Positions 30,865-50,275 of a stretch of 64,000 nucleotides of DNA are shown piece by piece. The notes below the pieces were generated by a model that ran no database searches, was not told the origin of the DNA, and saw only the letters and a list, made by a program, of their open reading frames with translations. Positions within the stretch are counted from its first letter, which is position 1; each line of letters begins with the position of its first letter. A program made the position numbers and the translations under genes. Location of the stretch: NCBI RefSeq assembly GCF_009914755.1, contig NC_060942.1; one strand, written 5' to 3'. The DNA comes from the human T2T-CHM13v2.0 reference genome, Homo sapiens.

Positions 30865-31881
30865 ATGGGGAAAAAACAGAGCAGCAAAACTGAAAATTCT
30901 AAAAATCAGAGCACCTCTCCTCCTCCAAAAGAACACAGCTCCTCACCAGCAATGGAGCAAAGCTGGATGGAGAATGACTTTCATGAGTTGAGAGAAGAAG
31001 GCTTCAGACGATCAAACTTCTCCAAGCTAAAGGAGGAAGTTCGCACCCATCGCAAAGAAGTTGAAAACCTTGAAAAAAGATTAGACGAATGGCTAACTAG
31101 AATAACCAAAGTAGAGAAGGCCTTAAATGACCTGATGGAGCTAAAAACCATGGCACGAGAATGACATGACGAATGCACAAGCTTCAGTAGCCAATTTGAT
31201 CAGCTGTAAGAAAGGGTATCAGTGATGGAAGATCAAATGAATGAAGTGAAGCAAGAAGAGAAGTTTAGAGAAAAAAGAATAAAAAGAAACGAACAAAGCC
31301 TCCAAGAAATATGGGACTATGTGAAAAGACCAAATCTATGTCTGATTGGTGTACATGAAAGTGACGGGGAGAATGGAACCAAGTTGGAAAACACTCTGCA
31401 GGATATTACCCAGGAGAACTTCCCCAACCTAGCAAGGCAGGCCAACATTCAAATTCAGGAGATACAGAGAATGCCACAAAGATACTCCTCGAGAAGAGCA
31501 ACTCCAAGACACATAATTGTCAGATTCACCAAAGTTGAAATGAAGGAAAAAATGTTAAGGGCAGCCAGAGAGAAAGGTCGGGTTACCCACAAAGGGAAGC
31601 CCATCAGACTAACAGTGGATCTCTCAGCAGAAACTCTACAAGCCAGAAGAGAGTGGGGACCAATATTCAACATTTTTAAAGAAAAGAATTTTCAACCCAG
31701 AATTTCATATCCAGCCAAACTAAGCTTCATAACTGAAGGAGAAATAAAATACTTTACAGACAAACAAATGCTGAGAGATTTTGTCACCACCAGGCCTGCC
31801 CTACAAGAGCTCCTGAAGGAAGCACTAAACATGGAAAGGAACAACTGGTAACAGCCACTGCAAAAACATGCCAAATTGTAA
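30865..31881 (+). pseudogene. L1 ORF1, disrupted
   Basis: MGKKQSSKTENSKNQS...; in-frame stops at 31162-31164 and 31849-31851. Confidence 0.95.
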
Positions 31882-31944
31882 AGACCATCGATACTAGAAA
31901 GAAACTGCATCAAGTAACGAGCAAAATAACCAGCTAACATCATA

Positions 31945-35740
<3,796 letters not shown>

Positions 35741-38048
35741 ACAAAGAGAACACTTGGACACAGGAAGGGGAACATCAAACACTGGGGCCTGTTGTGGGGT
35801 GGGGGAAGTGGGGAGGGATAGCATTAGGAGATACCCCTAATGTAAATGACAAGGTAATGGGTGCAGCACACCAACATGGCACATGTATACATATGTAACA
35901 AACCTGCACATTGTGCACCTGTACCATAGAACTTAAAGTATAATAAAAAAAAATATATATATATAAAATTATAGATTTAACCTCAGTGAGAGGATTCTTT
36001 ATTTAATGAATAATCCAAAAATAATTGGTGATCCACAAAAAGAAAATAAAGTGAGAGACAAATTCCTGACTCTTTTAATGTCATACTGGTTAAATATTCG
36101 GGGGGAAAATTTTTATTAAAAATATGTGTACAAAATACTTTCTAAAACAGGCATAATTCATCACAATTAATTACAGAGGGTTGTTCAAACAAATGGATCT
36201 ACTTCTATAGATATACATGCATATACAGACATAGATATAGATAAATATCAACTTTCCTTTTAGCATGAAAAGACAAGAAATTTAAACAATAGTGAACTAA
36301 TAAAAATATACCTCCGTTAAACTGCTCAGACTCAAGAAAATTAGGGTGAATAATCATACATCACAGATGATGACAGAAGTACTGTGTTCTCATACCTTGC
36401 ATATTACGATTATAAAGTGTTCCACATTTAGGGGTTGGCAACCAAACAATATCTATTAACAATTAAAATATAGAAAAGCAAAATGCAGCAATGCTGGTCC
36501 TGAGAATCTCCCCAGAGTAATAAACGCAGGTATAATTACAAGAGCAAAATGCAGGACACCAATACTTCTATGATATGACCTGTATTTGGTGTTGGGCTTT
36601 ACAGGAGCTCTTTCTCAGACACATATGCATTATCTGTATCTTTTCTGAGATTCTACTAACTTTATGGTGAAATCAACAATAAAAGGTTTTCATTTTGATA
36701 AATTGGTTTTCAAAAGAGAAAGATGTTACAAGACCCTTTCAACTTGTCTTGCAAGTGAAGGCTATATCTGAGGCTGCCAAGAAAAGTTATTGACAAAGGC
36801 ATGGCAAAATGTTAATGTGGTTTTGTTGACCACTGTGTTTACAGCACAGTGGAGAAACAGCGTGGTTTTCTGTCCTTGCTGAGTTTTATGCATTTTAAGG
36901 AATCATATTTGTTCATTCCACATTGCAGAATGTTTCTTGCATTTTCATTTCCTAATGCAGACTAAATATCTTATGTGGTTTGCAATAATTCTCTCCTTTT
37001 AAAGGTATTTCTGGAGTAACTGCCTGGTCTGTAACATGTTTGATGGATACCTAACCCTTAAATATTACAAAATTTTATGCACAATCACTACTTGATTTTG
37101 ATGGACATAAAAACACGTTTTTAAGTTACAGTACCAAGATATTATCGTTGCCTGTGTTAACTCATTACTGATACTCGGTTTATAATCATAGCCACCCTTT
37201 GTGAAAAGGTTAGCTTGTTACATTATGGTTATGCTGAGGGAAGAACAGGCTATCCTGGATGCTTGAGGGCCTCTCGTGGTGACTGAGTGTTGGCACTAGT
37301 GTCAGTTCATATCTAAATATTCCTACATATGTAATGTACTTTCATATTTTTTTTGACAACACTTGTCTAGGGAATATTTCAACTCTACTCTGTGCTTTTG
37401 GGATTCAATGGGAATCCCCTTTCAGATGGTCAACAGTGTGAGCCTTATTGATTGACCTTTTTGCCCTCTTCCCTGAAATATATTCTCTAGGTTTAATCTG
37501 TGGAATTAGATTTTAAGTCACATTTTCTTGCGTAAATGTATGAAAGCAGGAAAACCGGCTGTTGCTCATATTAACAGCATTTTTTTCACATAGTGTAAGA
37601 AAAACAGTGGTCTTATTCACCAGACCAATCTTGTATTCCCGCTGGTCTCACAGTTCAAGACTCCCTTCCCCAGGCTTTTTGTTCTGAGGTCTGGCCATAC
37701 AAGCATCCTAGCTGAGTGGGTGGAAACGACATTTACCTGGTACAGGCCTGACCTGTGAAAACACCCTCTGTGAAGCCCCAAATATTTTTTGCCATACAAC
37801 TGCATGAAATTTTCCCAAGCACCATAGCCAGATTTGAAGACACAGGTTAGCAATGAGAAATACACCAATAGAAGGTATGGGGGTCCCTAAATCCATATTT
37901 GGAGGAAAATCCACAAGCAGAGTCACATGACATTTGAAAGCCTGTGTTGAGGTGGTATATGCCAGCAATGATAAATATTACATGATGATCAAACTGCTGA
38001 TAAATTCAGGTTTGTCTATTACAACAGCTAATTTTACGTTAACTGTAA

Positions 38049-38471
<423 letters not shown>

Positions 38472-39297
38472 TAAACCATACAGTTATTCATATAAGAAAC
38501 CTGTATCATGATCTTCACTCTGTTTTTGAAATTCATGATGTATAATATACTTAAATATCTTCCCATGATTTTGCTTTCAGATATTTTACCAGTACAAAAA
38601 TATGAATGTAGATTATTTTGTTTAGCAGTATTTATAAGAAAGTGTCATGAGTATTCCTATTTTATAATTTGCCTTTTGCAACTGTTAAATGAGAGGAAAC
38701 AAAAGCACACTTCACTTTCCTTTCTCGAAGGCAAACCAGCTGTATTTCACTCCCTCGAATAGCTACTAATTTCTTGAAAATACTTCTGGAGAGCTCTCCC
38801 CAAATAGGGACAAGCCAGAAGATTTTTCACTTTCATCTGCTCTGCTCATTTGTGACTGTGATCAAACCTAGAAGATTTAGAAAGGAAGATTCCATCTCAA
38901 ACAGCCCTGTAGTCATCTGTGTCCTGCAGGATGAAGCTCTGCAGCAGAGTCTGAGGATAGAAGTGTAGACTGCATCATTCAGATGTTTTTTTCAATTTTT
39001 GAAAGAAACTGGAAGAAGGTCCTATCACACAGGCATGACTGAGAAAGAATCCTTTTGTGATGCTCCCGTGGATTTGACGCATGTTCAGCCAAAGGAGCAG
39101 ACAGATCAAGAAATTGAGAATTTCAGGATTCGGTAGGAGGTCTAGCAGGGGGCACTGGGAAACAACTAAGTATTGAGCTCTGAGTGTCCTGCACTGCACC
39201 CTGATGGCCAGCAGGGAGTGATGGAGCCCTCCTTTTCTGCTCCATGTGGCCCGAATGCATATCTGGCGCTCTCAGGAGGACTTCAGGAGGTATTGAT

Positions 39298-40070
39298 TTA
39301 AAAAATGAATGCCTTTAACAGCACCCAAGTCACCTCTTGAATGCTTTGCTGCTTAGAAATTTCTTCTGCCAGATACCCTAAATCATCTCTCTCAAGTTCA
39401 AAGTTCCACAAATCTCTAGGGCAGGGGCAAAATACCATCAGTCTCTTTGCTAAAACATAACGAGAGTCACCTTTGCTCCAGTTTCCAACAAGTTCCTCAT
39501 CTCCATCTGAGACCACCTTAGCCTGGACTTTATTGCTATCAGCATTTTGGGTAAAACCATTCAACAAGTCTCTAGGAAGTTCCAAACTTTCCCACATTTT
39601 CCTTTCTTCTTTTGAGCCATCTCAAGTATTCCAACCTTTCCCTGTTACCCAGTTCCAAAGTCGCTTCCAAATTTTTGGGTATCTTTTCAGCAGCACCCCA
39701 CTCTACTGATACCACTTTGCTGTATTAGTCCATTTTTTTTCACATTGCTGATAAAGACATACCCAAGACTGGGAAGAAAAAAAGGTTTAACAAACTTTCA
39801 GTTCCACATGGTTGGGGAGGCCTCACAATCATGGCGGAAGGTAAGCAGGAGCAAGTCAGGTCTTACATGGATGGGAGCAGGCAAAGAGAGAGCTTGTACA
39901 GGGAAACTCCTGTTTTTAAAACCATCAGGTCTCATGAGACTCATTCACCATCCCGAGAACAATACAGAAAAGACCTGCCCCCATAATTCAATCACCTCCC
40001 ACCAAGTTCCTCCCACAACACATAGGAATTCAAGATGAGGTTTGAGTGGGGACATAGCCAAACCATATCA
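39298..40070 (-). mobile_element. THE1C-like LTR (39721-40070) plus adjacent THE1 internal fragment
   Basis: tgtattagtcc...gactgggaagaaaaaaaggtttaa...aaccatatca; upstream MaLR-internal sequence (ORF WESLELPRDLLNGF). Confidence 0.9.
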
Positions 40071-40789
40071 GTTATTAACTACTGCAGAACAGTAACCAAA
40101 TCCTTCTTTGTGTTGTTTTCGCCATTCCACTTGCCAGTCACGTGCGGTTACCAGCATATCACAATCCAGCAGAGGATGTTGGAGCACCCATTCTATTTGG
40201 GAGCTTGTAGTTTCAGGTCTGCCCAGCAGGAGTACATGGGGCTGACTGTGATGGCCTAGAAGATATTCAAAAGGCAAGTGGTGCCAGTGCACACAGCCCT
40301 GCCCACTTTGTGAACATAGAAAACAAGTTTGTACCTAATTATGATTGAGAAAATGTTTCAACCCAAAAGCAGGCATTCTCTGTGGGGCTCCTTTATAAAG
40401 TATCACAAAGGAGGTGGCTACAGCCAGGTGTTTGAGAATCAGATCTGTAGACCTTAATGTGCATTTGGTGAAATAAAGAGAAATACAATGCTAAAGAAAA
40501 AATATTTTCATCAGGAACCCAATTATGGTCTGAGATAAGATTATTCCTATTGCCACATCCCTAGAGGACATTTGTTCTTTTCCAGTGACTGATACTTCTA
40601 TTCATATTCAGAGTTAGAGGATCCTGAAGGGAAACATGAGGTCTATTTTATTTTGGCAACTGAAATTCAATATTGTCCACAGACCATTGTTTTCAACTCA
40701 TAACGTTCTTATTAAATTCCATTTTCTATTGCTGAACTACACACCACACACCACACACCACACACACACATATTTACTGTGAGTACTAT

Positions 40790-40975
40790 ATTCATATTTT
40801 ACATAGAACATTTACAATGATTCTACAAAGTAAGCAATTTATTATTATTATTTTTTTTACAGGTGAGGGGAACTTAGGTGTAGAAAGGCTAAATAACAGC
40901 TAAATAACATCTAAAGCCCCCTCCTTCCTTGTAAGAGGCAGAGTCCGGAGCTGACAATGTGCTTAACCACTATGT
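40790..40975. mobile_element. MIR SINE remnant
   Basis: 'ttttacaggtgagggggaacttagg...gtgcttaaccactatg'. Confidence 0.6.
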
Positions 40976-42752
40976 GCCTCAACCTTGGACCTAGTCAGTC
41001 TTTTCTAAAACTCCACATATATTTCATTTTCTTTTTTTTGTAGATTTTGTCAGGTTTTTAAAAATGGTTGTATATTTATAAAATATGATTGTGGTAATCT
41101 CTTATTTAAATATCATTGCTTAATTTATAGGCAAATATCACTTATGATTCAGAGATCCAAATACAATGAAGATGCCTTAATTCCACAGATGCCAAATGAA
41201 ATTTATGGAATGCAGAAATGATTTCATACTGGAATTAAGAGTCTTTTCATCATAACCAAGAAATAGGGCACAGTGGAATGACAGTGCTGTAATCCAGGGG
41301 ACATAAAACATGAGTAGGCAATAAAATATTGCAGAGGAGAAACTACATCACCATTAATATATGGAGAAAATTAGTATTTGTGGATGCAAAAATATAAAAT
41401 AAAATTATTTCAATGTCAGAATTGTTTAACATATTAAAACATGAGCCCACTATGTAAAAGGGAAACTGGAGGCAGGAAAAATTATTCACGGAATCAATTT
41501 AAATTGTACTAAGATAAGCACTGAACCTGGTAATGGCCTTAGAAGATTTTAAAAACAGAGCAAATATCACAAACAATTCAATTCAGAAAACTGCCGAAGA
41601 TCTTGACCTTTTTTAAAAATACAAAAATCTACAGAAAAGTTACCCTTCTTTACTGACTTCATGAAGGAAAGCAGTCTCACCATAAGGAGTAGACAATGCA
41701 TGTTTTCAGTCACCACACAGCTATGGTCTCCATTAAGTATATAATATGTCCAGAGTGGTTAAACTCCATAGTTACTACTTCTGAACAGAATAAGGTAATT
41801 CAATTGGTGAACTCTTACACACTATCGAAGGCATGAAGGTGTTGTAGAAACACCTCTACTAATCCTGAAAATGTCCCCGACTCTTCTAGAAAAAAAATAA
41901 AGCAGCTGGGAAATTAATTCCAAATTACACTAGAGAACTGGGAAAAAACAGATTTCATGGCCATCAAAAGCAATAATGACAAACAGTGAGGATTACATTA
42001 AATTAGAAGCAGTTAGGGACTGGTTTGTGACCTTGCCCTCCATTTCTTTTCCACAAGTTCAGCCCGTGGCTCACTGATTATTTCCTCCTTCCTGCATGGC
42101 TTTAGCACTGGCTCAGTTTCTAGCCCCAAAGAAGACCTTCTCCAGACAGGAATACTTACTGTACCTCCCAATATACTTCCTTCCCTTGCAGACTTTGCCT
42201 TCTGAACTACTCGTTTGATTTTTTTTGCTGCAGGGCTGGTGGGCTTGAAGTGATGGTCAGGACAGCCAGAGTGTGTGGGAGGAGGCAGGCGGTTCTGAGA
42301 TATGGGTTCGAGATCTTGTGACATCATCTCCCCTCGAAACTGCAATAATCATTTCACCTGTAGCAACAATGACAGTACACACTTGGGGAGCTGAAGATAG
42401 TTTGAAAACCATTTTCCCAGTTACTGTTTACCAAAAACAATTACAACTTTCTAGTGAGTGCCTCCAGAGAGATGTGAGTGTTTTGGAGAGGTTCTTCTTT
42501 TCCAGGACCCCTGGAGGGACAGGACTCATGTAGATGGAGCAGGAAATGCTGAGATCTGGGACATGAGGGACTGACCACAAGGCAGTGTGTCTTACTGGAT
42601 TCTATGCTTCCTTGATGTGTTCCCTGCTGAAAATCTAATTTTCTGTTATTCCCCAAATTCCTGAGCCAAACTATTATTTAATTATGAATAAAGAAATGGG
42701 ATCATACAATAGACTGGTAAAGAATGTATCAATAGGTTACGGTGCAAATAGG

Positions 42753-43105
42753 CAGTCGTCCCCAACCTTTTTGGCACCTGGGACCCGTTCCATGGATGGG
42801 AAGACAATTTTTCCATGGACAGGATCAGGTGTTGTTGCGGAGATGGTTTCGGGATAAAACTGTTCCACCTCAGATGATCAGGCATTACAGTCTCATAAGG
42901 AGTGTGCAACCTAGATCCCTCACATGAGCAGTTCACAATAGGGTTTGCTGCTTCTGTGAGAATCTAATGCCACTGCTGATCTGAAAGGAGGCAGAGCCCA
43001 GGCAGCAATGCTCGCTCTCCAACCACTCACCTCCTGCTGTGCGGCCAGTTTCCTAACAGGCCATGGACAGGTACTGGTCTGCAGCCTGGGGGTTGAGGAC
43101 TTCTG
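42753..43105. mobile_element. MER1B DNA transposon
   Basis: cagtcgtcccc...gaggacttctg; 8-bp TSD caaatagg / cacatagg. Confidence 0.9.
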
Positions 43106-45136
43106 CACATAGGAGCCTGAAGTCATGTACTGATACAAAAAATTAATAGGGGAGAAGCTGTATAATTCAATGCAAATTAACATGTACATGTACATTATAT
43201 ATATTCTAAGAATACATATTTTATCAATTTACTGCTGTAGAGACTCCAAACTGCACAATATTTACAGAAAAAAATAGACATTTATCAAATAGTCCCTTTC
43301 ACACAAAAATGTACCATGTTCATATGATCCAGAGATAAATTTTACTAATAAACAAATGCTAACTAAATTATTCAAGAGTTTTAAAGAATAATTTTTAGGA
43401 AGACTACATAAGGGTGATATGACAGCTTTGCCTGGGTTAAGTCAAATAGAGTATTTCAGATGTATTGAACATATGAATATAATTGTGAAAGTTTTAAATA
43501 TTAGAAACCATTGTGTTAGAACATTAAACATTATATTATTATCAACTGGCCTTTATGCCAAGAATGCAAGTAGATTCAGCATTTGGAAATCCATCAATAG
43601 AATTAATCAAATTAATAAAAAAAAATCCTTGATTATGAGAAACAAAGATGGTCTTTTTCAGAGGAAGTACTAAAATAAAAGCTAATAGATGTTCTATGTG
43701 ACTGAAACTTTTTATGTGTAAAAAGTTTTCCTTCAAGGTAAAGATGAAGAAGCACTATCTGGCTAACTTCAAGATGTACAAAACCCAAAGCCAATTAAGA
43801 GGCAGAGCCAAACAGCAGAAGCACCAGTATCCTTGGCATAAGCTGGCAGATTTTGGTGGAAGTGACAGGCACCCTGGAATAAAAAAAGGGGTTGCCTCCG
43901 ACACAGTTGCCAATTCTTGAATTTCACAATTTTCCTTTGGTGTTTGTATCTTTCTATGGCCCTCCTGTTTGTGATCAGACATGTGGCCCACAGAGGTGAC
44001 TTGTCTACAGAATATGGCATTCATCATTGTCCACTCCTCAGCACAGGAGGGAGACCTGTAGTCCAATAAATATTCTTATCAGTTGAAAAGAACAGAAGAA
44101 CTAAACAAATGAAGAGATATACCATGCTCATAGATAGGAAGACAATATTGTCTAGATGGCAGTTTTCATCAAATTTATCTACATATTCAGAGTAATTCCA
44201 ATAAAAATTCCAGGAACTTATTTTGTGGATATTAAAACTGACTCTAAAGCTTATATGAAAAGGCAAAAGACCTAGAATTGCCAACACAATATTGTAGGAA
44301 AAGAATAAAATTGGAGGACAGAGATACTACTTAGTTTCAAGACTTACAATAAAGCTACCGTTATGAAGACAGTGTGGTATTGATGAAATAATAGACAAAT
44401 CAATGGGAAGAACAGAGAACCTAGAAATAGGCCAACATAAATACAGTCCACAGATCTTTGACTTCAGAGGTTAAGGTAATAAAATGTAGCTAAGATAGCC
44501 TCTTCAACAGATGGTGCTAGAAGAACTGGACATATACATATTAAAATATGAATCACAGACCTTAACATCTTCACCAAAATGAACACAAAATAGATTACAA
44601 GTCTAAATGTAAAACACAAAACTCTAAAATTCCTAAAAGATAGCACACAGGAATTATAGATGACCCTGAGTTTAGCAATGGCTTTTTAGATACAGCATCA
44701 ATGATTTAATTCCTAAAAGAAATAACTGATAACCATATAATTTACCAAAATTAAACATTTCTACTCTGTGAAAGACAATATCAAGAAATGGAAAAGAAAA
44801 GACATAGACTGGAGGAAAATATTTATAAAACATGTATCTCGTAGCTCTTAAAACTCAAAAATAAGAAAATAACTAAAAAAAATAATAAATGAGCCAAAGA
44901 CTTTAGCCAACACCTCACCAAAGAAGACACACAGATGACAAAGAGGCAGACAAAATGATGCTCCACGTCATATTTCACCAGGGAAAAACAAATAAGAACA
45001 ATATATCAGTACACACTTACCTATAATGGCCAAAATCTAGAACACTGACAACACCAAATGCTGGCAAAGACGTGAAGCGAAAGGATCTCTCATTCATGCT
45101 GGTGGGAATGTAAAACGGTACAGCCAGTTTGGATGA

Positions 45137-45453
<317 letters not shown>

Positions 45454-46093
45454 GGCAATTTCTTATAAAATTAAACATGCTCTTACTATTTGATTCAGTA
45501 ATTAGAGTCCTTAGTATTTACCCAAAGATGCTGAAAACTTAGGTCCACACAAATCTTCACATGGACCTTTACAGCAGCTTTATTCATAACTGCCAAAGCT
45601 TGGAAGCAGTCAAGATGCTGTTCAGTAGATAAATGGATAAACGATAGTACATCCAGAAATAAAATATTATTCAGTGTTAAAATGATATATGCTATCGAGC
45701 CTGAAAATACATGGATGAAACTTAAGTGTTTATTACTAAGTGAAAGAAGCCAGTCTGAAAGGCTAAATAGTATATGACCAACAATTTGATATTCTGGAAA
45801 CAGTAAAACTATAGAGACAGTGAAACAATTAGTGGAGTTTGTGGGGAATAAGGAATAAATAGAGCATGGAGTCTTTTTAGGGCACTGAAACTATTTTGTT
45901 TAACTCTATAATAGTAGATACATGTCATTATATATTTGTCCAAACTAACAGAATGTACCATTTCAAAAGTCAACTGTAATGCAAACTATTGACTTTGGGT
46001 GATAATGTATCAATATAGACTCATCAATTGTAAGAAACATGTCACTCTTGTGGGGGTTGTTGTTAATGGGGGACACTATGCATGTATGGGGGT

Positions 46094-46529
46094 GTCAACC
46101 TAAATAAGAAACAGTGAGATGTTCTCTATAAATTAAAAAAAATGGGGAAATAAAGTATTGCAATGGGAACATATGGGCATTATAAACTGTGCATATTTAG
46201 GAAGGTAAAAGAAGACATAGCTTTTTAAAGAAAAAAATGAGGATTACCTAATTGTTTTGAAATAATTATCCTTGGCTCCAAAGATCAATAATAAAGGCAA
46301 TGCTAGTCAAAAGCTGGACAGGCAGTTGCTGGGCAGATGTCCTTGCAGAAATATTTTTTGTGTAAGGTTGTGATGGCCTTTGTGCAAGGCTGTGATGTTC
46401 TGCAGTCTCTCATGAAACTTTTTGTTATCAGGCATATAGCATGAGAACCCTTTCTTTACAGCCTTCCCCAGCTTTATGTGTTATGGTTTTCTTAAATTAG
46501 GGACTCCATTTTAATTCTGACAACTTTCA
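46094..46529. mobile_element. ERV1 solo LTR (MER65-like)
   Basis: tgtcaacctaaataag...ctgacaactttca with TG...CA termini, inserted in the L1 3'UTR. Confidence 0.7.
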
Positions 46530-47512
46530 GAGAGGGATGGTGTACACAAGAAGACTGTAACACTGCTAGATTTTGCTGTGAACCTTAAACTTCTCTAAGA
46601 AATAAAGTATATTAAAAATAAAGAGAAAATCGAATTAATCCTTATAAATATTTAAATTAAAAGGTCTCCAACGTGTTTTTCTGAAGCCTAACAAGATTTA
46701 ATTCACATTAAGGGTAAATGTTCTTAAAATTTTATGCCAGATACAGTTTCTTTGAGATGTAAATCTTGCAAGAAATAACAAGACTGTTTATATTATATTA
46801 GGTTATTTAAAAACTATGAAAATAAAAATAAAATATATAAAACACTGTAACTTTAGTCCACATCAAAGATATACATAAAAAAATAAATAAAATTTAGTCC
46901 ATTTAAATTTAGCTATTTAGCCATGTTTTCACTGCTTAAGAAATTTTTATTAAAGCCACTAATATAAGTTAAATGTTTTATTCCATTAACACAGCAATGG
47001 TTCATAATTAGAACACCACTTTAGTTTATTAGTTAAATCAAAAGATTAAAAATCAGAAATAATCATAGCATTATATCTCAGAATAAAATATTTAATAATA
47101 AGCATGCTGAACAGCATAATATAAATTCTTATTAAGCATGAAATGTTTGCAAACAGAACTAAGAAAGCAAGTATTTCAATATTTGCTAACATGAAAACAG
47201 ATTCAAGATATATAGTTTTAAAAAAGAATACTACATAACAATAGATTCACCGAACTATTTTTTCAACTCACATAATTATGTGTAAATGGATTTTTACGAG
47301 AGTTTCCCTGACTCTTGCCACAGAACTGACAACAGTGGTTCCTGGTTGAGGCAGTGGCAGACATGATAAGAAAGACTGCTTTGCTCCTTTCTCTCAAGTC
47401 TCAAACTGTGTCATTATTAGGAGTTTTACCACAAAACAAATATATATATGGTAATGTTTAAAATAAAATAATATTTAATAAAAATTGATAGTACCAGAAT
47501 TTGGCTTTGACC

Positions 47513-47807
47513 TCTTTTTTTTTTTTTTCTCTCCATCACTCAGGCTGGAGTGCAGAGGCACGATAATTAGCTCACTGAAGCTTCAACCACCTCAACCTCC
47601 AGCCTCAACCTCCTGGGCTCAAGCCATCCTCCTCTATCAGCTACTCAAGTAGCTGGGACTATAGGCACATACCACCAAGCCTGGCTAATTTTTAAAAATT
47701 CTGTAGAGACAGGGTCACACTATGTTGCCCAGGACTATGAACTCCTGGCCTCAAGTGGTCCTCCTGTCTCAGCCTGCCAAGGTGCTGGGAGCCACTGTGC
47801 CTGCCCT
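47513..47807 (-). mobile_element. AluJ SINE
   Basis: AluJ-type 'ctcctgggctcaagccatcctcc' and 'cactatgttgcccagg'. Confidence 0.85.
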
Positions 47808-47900
47808 GGTTTTGATCTCTTGATGGTTAAGACAGTTCGCTGCCCCAGTGTCTCAGCTGAATTGCATACATACAAAATTTTGTGTTTTTAAAAAAAGACC

Positions 47901-48323
<423 letters not shown>

Positions 48324-48461
48324 TTAGGTTGATTCAACTTTTTGAAAAGCAATTATGAAATGAAACCACGCTTTATCATCTGCATGAAATCCAACCTTTA
48401 TTTCTCGATGATATCAATTTTTGAATAATTTATTCCATTCTAGTCCAAATCAACACTACAG

Positions 48462-48545
48462 GGCCAGGTGCAGAGGCTCACACTTGTAACCCCAGCACTT
48501 TGGGAGCATGAGGCGGTGGATTACTTGAGGCCAGGAGTTCAAAGC
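48462..48545 (+). mobile_element. Alu left-arm fragment
   Basis: ggccaggtgcagaggctcacacttgtaaccccagcactttgggag. Confidence 0.8.
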
Positions 48546-50275
48546 CAAATCAATAGTACTTTTGGGCCAGAATCACACTGATTCAGTTGGTTGAGCTTCA
48601 AATTCACAATGAAGTCAAGTAGAACAAGTTTCCCCTTATTAATCTTTGTCCAGGATTTTCCACCTACACATAAATACACTACTTATTTGTGCAGTTTCTT
48701 TAATCCTCATCCACTGGGAGCAGACAATGCATCCGATGTGTCCCCTAAACAATCCCTGCTGTCCTATCCCTCTAACCCCACAGGACCCGCTCCCTGTCCC
48801 CAACCCAGGTCTTGGGTATAGTCCTGCCCAGGATGACCCCCCAAATGGCCTCTTCACAGGCCCATTTCACTGGGTCACAGTGACATGGAGATGGGAGGGG
48901 ACTGAGGCAAGGCCCTCAGTGAGTACCAGCAAATGTGTGCGGCAGGACATTGCAGAGTCAGAGATTAGCAAGTCCTGAACACAGCACTGCAGGGAGAAGA
49001 CAGAACAATCAACCACAGTGTGACTTTCACCTGGGAAAGTGCTAGTTCTGACTCTTCTTTCTTCTCTCTCCTCCTTCAGGCTTGTTTCTTAGGTAAAATC
49101 GGTCTGGATAAGTCACTCTTGAGTGTGGAAAATATTTTTTTTAGGGCTTCAAATCAACACACTACTTCCTGGGGCACAAACCTGCCAAGAGGGGGAATTC
49201 AACATGTGGAAGAGGTGGTCCTACGCTGTCCACTGGAAAAGGAGGGACTCAGGGAAAAGAAACTCCTACATGAGGAAAGTGAGCTAGTTCTATTCCTGTC
49301 CTCAGAACACCCTCCAGCTGAATGAAGCCACATATTAAGTGCCAGCCATGGGGATGTGGCGGGACTGACCCCCCACTTCAAGTTACAGAGCCCACAGTCC
49401 CTGCACAGGATCACCAGGGGAGGGTGGGCAGAGCTTTTCCCTTCTCCTGGTCCTGAGCTTCCCAGTCTCCCTCCCATTTCCGAGCCTTAGCCCCCAAACT
49501 GCAGTTAGCCTCCTTCACCAGGCTCCCCTCTCAAGGCCTGGTGCTCCTCCTCATTGCACAGTCAGTGAGTAAGTGAAATACACTTACTTTATAAACATGT
49601 AAATAGGACTATGAAAGTATATAAATCAAGGAGGGCATACAGGGAGGTGGAATATAGAGAAAGTATTCTGGAAAACTTTGTATAAAATAAATGAACGTTG
49701 AAAGACTCACCTAAAGTAACCAGATGACTGCTTCTCCAGCATCACGTCTCTGTGCAGCTTTCTCTGAAGGACACATTCTTCCTGAGTGAGGTCCACAGTA
49801 TCATCCTTGAGGGATACTTATTTCGGGAAATACCGCAGACATTCTCATTCAGGCTGCACCATCCCTGACAATGTCCATAGCAAATGGTCAAAGACAATCT
49901 CGCTTTTCCACTGGGGGATAAAAAAAAGAAACAGCTAAGTTTATGAAAAGCTCAAGGTCTTTTTGAGGTCTAGTAAAATTCCCTGGGCTGACTTGGCATA
50001 CACCTTTCAAATACATCCACAGAGATGCACACACTCTGAATACATGATAAACTTTATTATAAAGGAATGTCACAGGTGTGGTTAAATATCCTTATTCTGC
50101 AATGAAATGCTAATTGTTCCCTTGCCCGAGACAGATTTATGTTCCAAAGTGTAAATATATTTGAGCCCAAATATTTAATATTGAAAGCCCTTAAAATATG
50201 GAGACAGAAGAATCACTTCTAGGAAAATCAGAAGGGTGATTTTTTTGGAAAAAAAATTTTTGGAAAAAATCTTTA

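Noticed and set aside
43755-44066. Minus-strand frame with 'DNDECHIL..HLCGPH', reminiscent of a calcium-binding EGF repeat
   Set aside because: Several stops and missing cysteines; the similarity is too weak to call without a profile search.
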